From an uncultured Gammaproteobacteria bacterium (GTDB lineage Bacteria > Patescibacteriota > Microgenomatia > UBA8517): DNA of 41,764 bases. Positions 33,002 to 41,089 of the stretch are shown piece after piece. Location: assembly GCA_964635715.1 (NCBI GenBank), contig CAZWNZ010000001.1, forward strand, positions 204,358 to 246,121, read 5' to 3'. Position numbers and translations under genes: made by a program. A model generated the notes under the pieces. That model ran no database searches, had not been told where the DNA came from, and saw only the letters and a list, made by a program, of their open reading frames with translations. Each line of letters opens with the position of its first letter. Position 1 is the first letter of the stretch.

Positions 33002-34908
33002 ATTTGTTTCTGAAATTGAAATAATCGCAAACTATTTAATACTACAAGAATTGTTACTCCCACATCAGCAAATATTGCTAAAGTCAAACTGCTTCTGCCT
33101 GTTAGTGCCAATGTCAGGAAAAGAAGCTTAACGCCAATTGCGGCAGTAGTATTGGTGCGAATTGTTTGAATCGATCTTTTTCCTAGTTCAATAAGAAATG
33201 GAATAAGCATCATGTTATTGTTCATCAGTGCTACATCAGCATTTTCAATCGCTACATCTGAACCAATTGCCCCCATCGCAATTCCAACAGGAGCAGTTAC
33301 AAGAGAGGGCGCATCATTGACACCGTCTCCAATCATTGCTACATGTTTATATTGACAAATAAGCTTAGATAATTCTGTTACCTTTTGATCTGGAAGCAAT
33401 CCCGCCTTAACATGCGCCACACCTATTTGTTCAGCAACAAAAGATGCTGACGTTTCATTGTCGCCAGTAAGTATTACTGGTTTAATTTTCATTTGACGTA
33501 AGAGATTTATCATGGACTTGCTATCTTCTCTGATTTCGTCGGTAATTCCAATAACTCCCGTTACCTTTTTATTATCACTCATAATCATTGTAGTCTTCCC
33601 TTGTTTTTCAAAAGCTTCAACTTGACGTATCACATTGTCTTCAACCTTATGTTCCTCGGTAATAAATTTGATATTACCCATACAATGATGTTTATCCGAA
33701 CACACCAAACAATCACCTTTTAATCCCTTCCCTAAAACCGCTTCAAAGTTTGTAAACTTATGAGGATTTAGGTTGTGCTTTTTAGCTTCACTCATGATAC
33801 TTAAGGCCAAAGGGTGTTCAGAAAACGATTCGATGCCATAAGCACAAGCCAAAACATCATTCTGGGTAAATCCATTGAAAGGCACAATATCAGATACAAC
33901 AGGCTCACCCTTAGTTAATGTTCTTGTTTTATCAAAAGCAATTGCTTGTATTTTCCCCAATTCCTCAACGAACCTTCCTCCTTTAATAATGACACCTCGT
34001 TTCGTAGCGTTTCCAATGGCAGAAAATATTGTTATCGGTGTTGAAATAACCAAGGCACATGGACAAGCAATTATAAGAAGGGTTAAGGCCTGGGTAAACC
34101 AGGGGGTAAATGCTTGACCCAATAGTCCTACTGGAACAGCAACCATTAAAAAGGAAGCAACCACAACAGTTGGAGTGTAATATTGAGCAAACTTTTCAAT
34201 GAACTTCTGGGAATGTGATTTCTTTTCTGCCGATTTATAGGTTAAATCTATGATTTTGGAGAGGGTACTATCTTCTGCTGTCTTAGTAACTTTTATTTCC
34301 ATGTAGCCATTGCCATTGATTGTTCCCGCAAAGACCAAATCTCCTTCGTGTTTATTATGTGGTAAAGGTTCTCCAGTAATTGTTGCTTCATCAACTAAAG
34401 ACATGCCCATAACAACTTTGCCATCAAGTGGAATTTGGTCACCAGGTTTCACTACGATGACATTGCCTATTTCTATATCTCCAACAGGTGTCCTCCCGGT
34501 CTTTCCTTTTATCTGAGCAGTTTTGGGAGTGTTGTCAATCAATTCTTTCAAGGCAGACTGGCTTCGCTCTATCCCATAATCTTCCAATGCGTTCCCTAAA
34601 GCAAAAAGGATAACAATGATAACCGCTTCCTCCCATTCTTGAAGGTATACCGCTCCAATAATAGCAATAGTCATTAGGAGATTTATGTCTGAGAAACGAA
34701 GTTTTATTAGGCTACGAATTCCGCTGATAAATACGTTTTTACCAAAAATAATAATGAGAATTGTGAAAAGCGGCAATTCTACCCATCTAGGTAGGTGTAT
34801 TGAGAAAAATGATAAAATCTCGAAAGGAATAACTGTTAAAAATGCGATCAACAGATATATAAATTTCTTATTTTGAAAAATTCCAAGATAATTTTTTAGA
34901 TTTTTCAT
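32998..34908 (-). CDS. heavy-metal P1B-type ATPase, Zn/Cd/Pb-like, lacking an N-terminal HMA domain
   Basis: TGEP, CPC (ACPCALV), SEHPLA, GDGVNDAP, and the Lys (IGVK) and Asp (ADVG) of the last two TM helices as in ZntA-type pumps. The phosphorylation motif reads DKTRT. Confidence 0.88.
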   Translation of the reverse strand: MKNLKNYLGIFQNKKFIYLLIAFLTVIPFEILSFFSIHLPRWVELPLFTILIIIFGKNVFISGIRSLIKLRFSDINLLMTIAIIGAVYLQEWEEAVIIVILFALGNALEDYGIERSQSALKELIDNTPKTAQIKGKTGRTPVGDIEIGNVIVVKPGDQIPLDGKVVMGMSLVDEATITGEPLPHNKHEGDLVFAGTINGNGYMEIKVTKTAEDSTLSKIIDLTYKSAEKKSHSQKFIEKFAQYYTPTVVVASFLMVAVPVGLLGQAFTPWFTQALTLLIIACPCALVISTPITIFSAIGNATKRGVIIKGGRFVEELGKIQAIAFDKTRTLTKGEPVVSDIVPFNGFTQNDVLACAYGIESFSEHPLALSIMSEAKKHNLNPHKFTNFEAVLGKGLKGDCLVCSDKHHCMGNIKFITEEHKVEDNVIRQVEAFEKQGKTTMIMSDNKKVTGVIGITDEIREDSKSMINLLRQMKIKPVILTGDNETSASFVAEQIGVAHVKAGLLPDQKVTELSKLICQYKHVAMIGDGVNDAPSLVTAPVGIAMGAIGSDVAIENADVALMNNNMMLIPFLIELGKRSIQTIRTNTTAAIGVKLLFLTLALTGRSSLTLAIFADVGVTILVVLNSLRLFQFQKQI

Positions 34909-34942
34909 ACAAATTAATATACGCTTGAATTGGCTTAATTTC

Positions 34943-34953
34943 TACGCTTTGTA
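34943..34953. promoter_or_regulatory. candidate second BlaI-type operator (TACg-N3-TGTA)
   Basis: TACGCTTTGTA lies in the predicted 5' UTR of the ATPase operon. Confidence 0.3.
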
Positions 34954-34967
34954 AAAACACCCCTTTT

Positions 34968-34996
34968 ATTATACGAAATTGCGACAAAAACCTTAA
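34968..34996 (-). promoter_or_regulatory. candidate promoter of the ATPase operon
   Basis: On the minus strand: TTAAGG, 17-nt spacer, TATAAT. Confidence 0.35.
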
Positions 34997-35027
34997 GGGT
35001 TTAATTTAATGTGGGGAATTTGCAGAT

Positions 35028-35267
35028 TTAGCGGAAAAAATCACTAATAGGAGATTTAAGTGCTTTGGCAATCTTTTCTAAAACCTCTAAAGAAGGCGCG
35101 TATCTACCTTGCTCAATATAGCCCATATAGGCACGACTAATGCCAACCTTATCACCCAATTCCTCTTGGGTATAACCTACGTCATTTCTACGTTTCTGAA
35201 TTTTCTTCCCCAGAACCTTTGGAAGCTTGGCATTCTTTCGCATGAACATATTGTCTAAAATGTTCAT
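35028..35267 (-). CDS. XRE family HTH transcriptional regulator
   Basis: GYTQEELGDKVGISRAYMGYIEQGR. ATG 35267 is preferred over the GTG at 35279. Confidence 0.8.
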   Translation of the reverse strand: MNILDNMFMRKNAKLPKVLGKKIQKRRNDVGYTQEELGDKVGISRAYMGYIEQGRYAPSLEVLEKIAKALKSPISDFFR

Positions 35268-35278
35268 GCAATACACCA

Positions 35279-35339
35279 CTTAGCCACACTTAGCATATAG
35301 CCTTGAAAACGACCACATATTATGCTAAGTTAGGCTAAG
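35279..35339. promoter_or_regulatory. 18-nt inverted repeat pair (four CTTAGC/GCTAAG hexamers) in the divergent XRE region
   Basis: CTTAGCCACACTTAGCAT (35279-35296) pairs with ATGCTAAGTTAGGCTAAG (35322-35339) at 16 of 18 complementary positions. Confidence 0.5.
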
Positions 35340-35371
35340 CATTAATTAACGAAAGGAGGTGAAGCAAAGAT

Positions 35372-35761
35372 ATGAACAAACAAAAACTGACAATTATGAC
35401 CATCGTCGCTCTACTCCTCATTGGTGGAGGTTTTTACCTCCTAAAGCCCAAGTCGCCAGCAGAAAAAGTTGAAGATTTAAGGACAGATGTGGCTAAACAG
35501 CAGGAAAGCTCAGGGTATAACGAGTGCCTTAAACAGATAGAAGAACAGGAAGCACAACTTAAAAAGTGCTCTAATGACAAATTGGTGGCTAAAGGTTACA
35601 CCGATGGAATCGATTGTATCCAAGATTATACAAACCCAGTCTGTAAAGAGACGGCTCGATACAACGCAGAAGTAAATGCTGATAACGAATGTGCTGCTGC
35701 GCCAACTACCAGCCCGAGGTTAACTCAAATTGATTGTATGAAGCTACTCGAGAAAAAGTAA
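35372..35761 (+). CDS. secreted or membrane-anchored Cys-rich protein
   Basis: RBS GGAGGTGA, N-terminal signal/anchor helix, 6 Cys. Confidence 0.55.
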   Translation: MNKQKLTIMTIVALLLIGGGFYLLKPKSPAEKVEDLRTDVAKQQESSGYNECLKQIEEQEAQLKKCSNDKLVAKGYTDGIDCIQDYTNPVCKETARYNAEVNADNECAAAPTTSPRLTQIDCMKLLEKK

Positions 35762-35798
35762 TTAATATCAAGAGAGCTTCTGAAAGGAGGTGAAACAT

Positions 35799-36197
35799 AT
35801 GGGATTATTTGGAAATAAACAAACAGAAGAAAAACCGCTTTACGAAACCAGTTATGTTGGCTTTTGGATTAAGGTCTATCTGAACAGAGTTGATTTCAAA
35901 GCAGGAGTTGGTTCACAAAGCATACCAATAAATCAAATCGCGAGTGTACAGTTGCCAATGATGGGTATCTGGAAAATAACCTTAGAAACAACAGGTGGTA
36001 AAAAGTACGCCATACCTACTTCGAAAAAGAAGGAGGTGCAAAAAGCTATTTATGATGCACAAACTCATTTTTCGGGGAATGTTCACCAACAGTCAAGCGA
36101 TGCAGATGAGCTTACTAAGCTAAACGATTTGAAAGAAAAAGGAGTTATTACGGACGCTGAATTCAAAGCCAAGAAAAAACAGATCTTGGGTTTGTAA
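35799..36197 (+). CDS. SHOCT-domain protein with an N-terminal PH-like domain
   Basis: C-terminal LTKLNDLKEKGVITDAEFKAKKKQILG. RBS AGGAGGTG 7 nt before ATG 35799. Confidence 0.7.
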   Translation: MGLFGNKQTEEKPLYETSYVGFWIKVYLNRVDFKAGVGSQSIPINQIASVQLPMMGIWKITLETTGGKKYAIPTSKKKEVQKAIYDAQTHFSGNVHQQSSDADELTKLNDLKEKGVITDAEFKAKKKQILGL

Positions 36198-36199
36198 CC

Positions 36200-37735
36200 T
36201 TAGAAGACCATATCAAGCATCCCAGCAGTAATGGGAGCTGAGAGGTTGCGATATTCTCCTAATTCATCAAAACCCCAGTGGTCTTTTGGTGGCTCGGTTG
36301 GCCCATGAGATTTATATGTTGGGTAATCTGATGCCAGAATTTTCAAACAAATAATAGTAAATGCATCTACTAGATCATCATGTTTTTCGATGCCAAAGTT
36401 TACAATTTGGCTCACTAATTCTTCTGCTCCTTTCTGAGGAAAAAGTATTTTACCCAACCGAATATATGGTGTAGCTGTTTCTAGTCTGGTTTGTTTATTT
36501 AATCCAGATATGGAAATTGCCTCCGCAACTACTTGCTGAACATTAAGGTGTTGAACTACCGCCAACTGATATCCGACGTTTTCTACATAAACAATCGGTA
36601 CCCTTTGAAAATCTTTTTGCATCAAATCACAAAGTCTTTTAATTTCGCTAATGGTGTCGGTGAAATTTAACCTTCTATTTACAATATATGGCAAAACATA
36701 TGCCTTCAAATTATCTCCGCCACCGATGGCAATAAAAGGAACGAGAGACGTGTAATCGGCAGTAGTCTTTTCAGAGATCGCCAAATCAACTCCAATGCCA
36801 ATGAAGCGCGGAGGGGATCGTTTTAAATCAGGTAATTCGTCATAGAATTTTGGCCAGTTTCTTTGGACAATACGTTTATCATCAGAAATGAATTTCAATA
36901 AATATTCTCGATACCACGCAGATTCATCGGCTACCTGTCGTCTTTTAATATCTATATGCATCATGGACGGATATTTCCCGACCCAAGCTATGTTGTCATC
37001 TTTATCAATTAATGGATATTCTTTGTAAATGCCATCCATCTTGCCAGAATTAATGCTTTCCTTAAGCCGCATCATAAGTGAGTCTTCGTGCAAGAGGTTG
37101 CCAACGATAACGATTTTTGTATTTATATCTCCAATAGGCATAACCTCTCCGGTAAACCAATTCCAGAGCTTATCTCTCCCTTCTCTTGTTTTGACCGATT
37201 CCAGGTCCTCTACGTCGTCTATGACGATCAGGTCTGGTCGATATTGATAATGTCTTAACCCTCGGATACTTTCGCTTTGGGAAATTGCTGAGATTCTGGC
37301 ATTGAATTGAGGAATAACAAAAGAATTTGATCGCCACTCCTCGGCGACTTCAGTAAATGGTCCAAAATCTCTAATGAGCAATTCGTTAGAAGAAAGCTCC
37401 TGTTTAATGTTGGTTAAGATTTGTTTTGATAAATCCTGAGTTTGGCTTACGACCAGCGTGAATCGTTTAGACGGTCTACCTACCATCGCCCAGATTGGGT
37501 ATGCAAGTGTGGCAATGGTCGACTTAGCTGAACCTCTGAAAGCTGTAATGGCAATCTTTAATAGACCGTCATTTTGGAGAAGATTAAATATTTCTTTTTG
37601 AAAGAGAGCGGTTGGGCAAGTTATGTAATGGGTAAAATAGGTAACAAAAAACCACGAGAAACTTTCTCTAGTTAATGCTCTCCTAAAATTAGGATCAATT
37701 TGGATTAAACTAATTATTTCTTGTTGGTCATTCAT
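36200..37735 (-). CDS. phage terminase large subunit-like protein
   Basis: Walker A-like FRGSAKST, Walker B-like LIVIDDVED, and a C-terminal nuclease-type KHDDLVDAF. Confidence 0.8.
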   Translation of the reverse strand: MNDQQEIISLIQIDPNFRRALTRESFSWFFVTYFTHYITCPTALFQKEIFNLLQNDGLLKIAITAFRGSAKSTIATLAYPIWAMVGRPSKRFTLVVSQTQDLSKQILTNIKQELSSNELLIRDFGPFTEVAEEWRSNSFVIPQFNARISAISQSESIRGLRHYQYRPDLIVIDDVEDLESVKTREGRDKLWNWFTGEVMPIGDINTKIVIVGNLLHEDSLMMRLKESINSGKMDGIYKEYPLIDKDDNIAWVGKYPSMMHIDIKRRQVADESAWYREYLLKFISDDKRIVQRNWPKFYDELPDLKRSPPRFIGIGVDLAISEKTTADYTSLVPFIAIGGGDNLKAYVLPYIVNRRLNFTDTISEIKRLCDLMQKDFQRVPIVYVENVGYQLAVVQHLNVQQVVAEAISISGLNKQTRLETATPYIRLGKILFPQKGAEELVSQIVNFGIEKHDDLVDAFTIICLKILASDYPTYKSHGPTEPPKDHWGFDELGEYRNLSAPITAGMLDMVF

Positions 37736-38147
37736 GTTCTTCTTTTTCTGGCGGAGCTAGCGCCACCATTTCTAATGCTTTGTTTAGTAATTCTTTTTGT
37801 TCATCGGTAAGTTCAATATCTTTGTTTTTGTTACTGGTTGTTACTTCAACCTTGGTGGCATATGTAGGGTGGTGATGTTTAAGCCAGAACATTATTCCTG
37901 TCATGTTTTTGTCTTTAATAGCACTCATGAGTTGAGATTCAGCCATATCATTTACTAATAAATTTCCATCAAGTAATGCTTGGTCGCTCTGCTTGGTAAA
38001 TTCAGGACTATCTTTGCGCCAACGATAATAAGTTGCTCTGCCAATTCCAACTTTTTCACAGGCGATTTGGACGATAGGAGTCTTTCTCAATAATTCGAGT
38101 AGCAATTTTTTATTCTTTGATTGTCTTTTCTCAATAGTTTTATCCAT
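37728..38147 (-). CDS. terminase small subunit-like HTH protein
   Basis: HTH ACEKVGIGRATYYRWRK. Overlaps both TerL and the methyltransferase gene by 8 nt. Confidence 0.55.
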   Translation of the reverse strand: MDKTIEKRQSKNKKLLLELLRKTPIVQIACEKVGIGRATYYRWRKDSPEFTKQSDQALLDGNLLVNDMAESQLMSAIKDKNMTGIMFWLKHHHPTYATKVEVTTSNKNKDIELTDEQKELLNKALEMVALAPPEKEEHE

Positions 38148-39477
38148 AGATTTTTTTGGCTTTCTGTCCAGTCAGTTTTTCCCAGCGTTTGATAATGACT
38201 TCTGTGTACACGGGTGACTTTTCCATTCCGTAACACCTACGTTTCATTTTGGTTGAAGCGATTAGGGTACTTCCGCTACCAGAAAAGGGTTCGATGATAA
38301 GATCACCCCGTTTAGTGAGAACCTTAATGTAAGGGGTAAGAATTTCTACCGGCTTTGTACCGAAGATGACACCTTGACCAGAATGCTTTTCGTCAGAGGC
38401 GACATATTCGATAAAATCAGTTGGCTGGTTCTTTTGGCCCTTCTGGTAGCCTTCCCAGTGTGGTTTACCAGCAATTGCATAAAGGGCTGTTTCATATTCT
38501 TCCTGCAAACCGTCTTTTTCATTCTCCCAATTAAATTCAACGTCTTTTGTAGGTGAGGCTCCGACCATGGCAATATCGTGTTTTGAAAAGAATTTATACT
38601 TAGCCGAGAATCCCTGATGGCGATTGGGCAGGTGCCATACAATCATATTTTTTACTTTCCAGTATTTCTCCATCTCACCCCAAATAGTGCGAAGGTTCTT
38701 CCAATTTTCATAAACAATAATGCTGAAATGTTCTTTTTGTGCTTTGGCAATATTTGCCATCCACTTTTCTGTAAAGTCAGGAGGAAGTGATTCTGTTTCT
38801 AGATATCGTCTGTCCCTTTTTGCACCAAAACCAGTTATTGGTTTACCATGCTTTTTCTTGCCATTGAGATAATCCAGAATATAGGGCGGGTCCGTAAAAC
38901 ACATATCAGCTTTCTCGCCACCCATGAGCTTTAACATATCTTCTTCAACGGTTGAATCCCCACACATCAGTCGACTTTCACCTAAAGCGTATATGTCGCC
39001 TTTCTTAGTGTTAATCTGCTGTATATTAAGTTTTTGAAGCTCTTTTTGGAGATCAAATTCTTCCGGAACATCAACGTCGAAGATCCCATCAAGCTCGTTA
39101 CTTGAAAAGCCAACATCGGCAAGAAACGACTCGTCAAACTTGGCTAGCAAATCCCAATCAAACTCTCCGGTATTTTTGTTCAATCTTAGGTTAAGTTCTT
39201 TTTCTTTTGCTAAATCTGGAATGTCGACGTAAACAACAGGGATCGTCTTGTATCCTAGTCCTTTTGCAACTTCCCAACGGAAATGGCCACCAATAATAAT
39301 GTTTTTACGATTTGGAGAAGAATTTGCTATCACTGGGTCCACCAAACCGAAACGTTTTATACTCTGTTTTAATTGTTCGGTAGCAGCCTCGTCATGTTTT
39401 CGAGGATTGTAATCGGCAGGGATTAAATCATTGACAGGAACTCCAACTGTTTGAATCTTGAGTGATTTCTTATCCAT
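38140..39477 (-). CDS. ParB-like nuclease domain fused to an N4/N6 DNA methyltransferase
   Basis: ParB-type N-terminus (GGHFRW), motif IV TDPPY, and AdoMet motif I FSGSGST at the C-terminus (beta-class order). Confidence 0.85.
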   Translation of the reverse strand: MDKKSLKIQTVGVPVNDLIPADYNPRKHDEAATEQLKQSIKRFGLVDPVIANSSPNRKNIIIGGHFRWEVAKGLGYKTIPVVYVDIPDLAKEKELNLRLNKNTGEFDWDLLAKFDESFLADVGFSSNELDGIFDVDVPEEFDLQKELQKLNIQQINTKKGDIYALGESRLMCGDSTVEEDMLKLMGGEKADMCFTDPPYILDYLNGKKKHGKPITGFGAKRDRRYLETESLPPDFTEKWMANIAKAQKEHFSIIVYENWKNLRTIWGEMEKYWKVKNMIVWHLPNRHQGFSAKYKFFSKHDIAMVGASPTKDVEFNWENEKDGLQEEYETALYAIAGKPHWEGYQKGQKNQPTDFIEYVASDEKHSGQGVIFGTKPVEILTPYIKVLTKRGDLIIEPFSGSGSTLIASTKMKRRCYGMEKSPVYTEVIIKRWEKLTGQKAKKIYG

Positions 39478-39527
39478 GTATTCAAATTACATGGACGTGG
39501 AGTTGTTTAGTAAGTCATTAACTAAGC

Positions 39528-40274
39528 TTAATTAATGTCAGTTTTCTTTTTGTATCTTTCAATCATCTTGGCAACGTCTTCTTCACCAATTGTGTTGCCA
39601 TCTTTAGAAAATTCATCAGCAATTTCTCGATATTTCTTACCTGTTTGATGTAATTCATACGCTTTTTTATTTCTATCAAACTTACGAAGCGGTTGGAATT
39701 TCTTTTGCTTAGTATACGGAAGCCTTGCTTGCATTTCTTTTATCTCTGGCCAGATCGCTTTTACATCTTCGAGAGTTGTATTTGCCTCAATATCTAAAGA
39801 GATCGTTTCTGTTCCAAACTCCAAATCAAATTTTGTACTAATGACTGGTCCAACAAACATTCCCATATTGTCTGGATTATTAAAAAGCAGAAATTGTTTG
39901 ATTCCTTCAATCCATCGAGGTGAAAGTTTTTGTTCGTGAGTCAATCTGTTTACGTCAAATAAAAAAGCATTTCGAGGTGCTTTGTTATTAAATTCGTCTT
40001 GAGTTTTTTTACGCTCTGTGAGGTTACCCTTACTTCTTAATTCAACTAATTCCTGTCTTTTTGACGGCAAGAACTGGTTAAAGTATTCCTCGGTATCTTC
40101 ATTAATCTTTTGATACCACTTGTCTAGATCTGCTTGCAACTTAAATCCCTCATTTGGGATTTCCCACTTTTTGCGAAGATTCAAAACTGCGTCAAGAAAA
40201 CTGGGTTTATTAACAAGCACCTTTATTGCTTGCTTTAATCTTGAACTGGCTTTTTGGATATACTCATTTTTCAT
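39528..40274 (-). CDS. hypothetical protein (possible C-terminal HTH)
   Basis: 248-aa ORF. The C-terminal AYELHQTGKKYREIADEFS looks HTH-like. Confidence 0.5.
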   Translation of the reverse strand: MKNEYIQKASSRLKQAIKVLVNKPSFLDAVLNLRKKWEIPNEGFKLQADLDKWYQKINEDTEEYFNQFLPSKRQELVELRSKGNLTERKKTQDEFNNKAPRNAFLFDVNRLTHEQKLSPRWIEGIKQFLLFNNPDNMGMFVGPVISTKFDLEFGTETISLDIEANTTLEDVKAIWPEIKEMQARLPYTKQKKFQPLRKFDRNKKAYELHQTGKKYREIADEFSKDGNTIGEEDVAKMIERYKKKTDIN

Positions 40275-40292
40275 AATTGGACGAGTCTAAAT

Positions 40293-40841
40293 TCACTTCG
40301 TATTATAGTTCTTTGTGTCGTTTATTTTTAGAAGTCTAACTAAGAATGGAATAATCCTCAAAGTTGGCAGTCGGTAATTACGAACGATTGAGTAATACCA
40401 GAGAGTATAAATTCGTTTACGCTCAACCAATTTCTTTTCAAATAAAGAGTCGCTTTGTATGTTGGAAACTGAATCACCAGCTACTCGTTCTATGGCGGGA
40501 GCAAGTAATGCGTTATCGTATTCCTCAGGTACATAACTTTCCTTCTGTCCCTTATCTTGAATTAATATAGTTAACTGCTTTTCAATTTCGAGATAAATTT
40601 TTACCTTCTCTTTATCAGAATCGACATTTTTGATAATCCGGTCAACATCCGACTTGGAATATTTAGGACACAAGTAGAAACCCAGAAAGCGCTCATTAAA
40701 TAGGAGAATCTTTGCAAGTTTCCGTATCAGAGAATTTGAATCATTTGAGACCTTAACTTGCTGCGCAAAGTAATAGCCAGCATATGATCTGACGAACAAT
40801 GCAAACCGAATTGATTCAAATCCTCTTTTTTTGATATACAT
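40293..40841 (-). CDS. hypothetical protein
   Basis: 182-aa ORF in the same operon orientation. No recognisable motif. Confidence 0.45.
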   Translation of the reverse strand: MYIKKRGFESIRFALFVRSYAGYYFAQQVKVSNDSNSLIRKLAKILLFNERFLGFYLCPKYSKSDVDRIIKNVDSDKEKVKIYLEIEKQLTILIQDKGQKESYVPEEYDNALLAPAIERVAGDSVSNIQSDSLFEKKLVERKRIYTLWYYSIVRNYRLPTLRIIPFLVRLLKINDTKNYNTK

Positions 40842-40899
40842 TGTAATTTCGATCTAAATTTAGTAAGGTAATGGTAGCAAATAGTAAGTTGCCAAACAA

Positions 40900-41085
40900 A
40901 TGAAAACTGACGAGAAAATACCAGAACTCTTAACCATGAAGGAGACGTGTGAGCTTCTCAAAGTTCATGCCAACACCCTTCGGCAGTGGGATAAAAAGGG
41001 AATCCTGAAGGCTGTAAGATTTGGTGCCAGGAGAGATAGAAGATATAAAAAGGACGATGTTATCGCTTTATTAAATCAAAAATAA
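40900..41085 (+). CDS. excisionase/MerR-type HTH DNA-binding protein
   Basis: LLTMKETCELLKVHANTLRQWDKKGILKAVR...RRY. Confidence 0.75.
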   Translation: MKTDEKIPELLTMKETCELLKVHANTLRQWDKKGILKAVRFGARRDRRYKKDDVIALLNQK

Positions 41086-41089
41086 AAGT

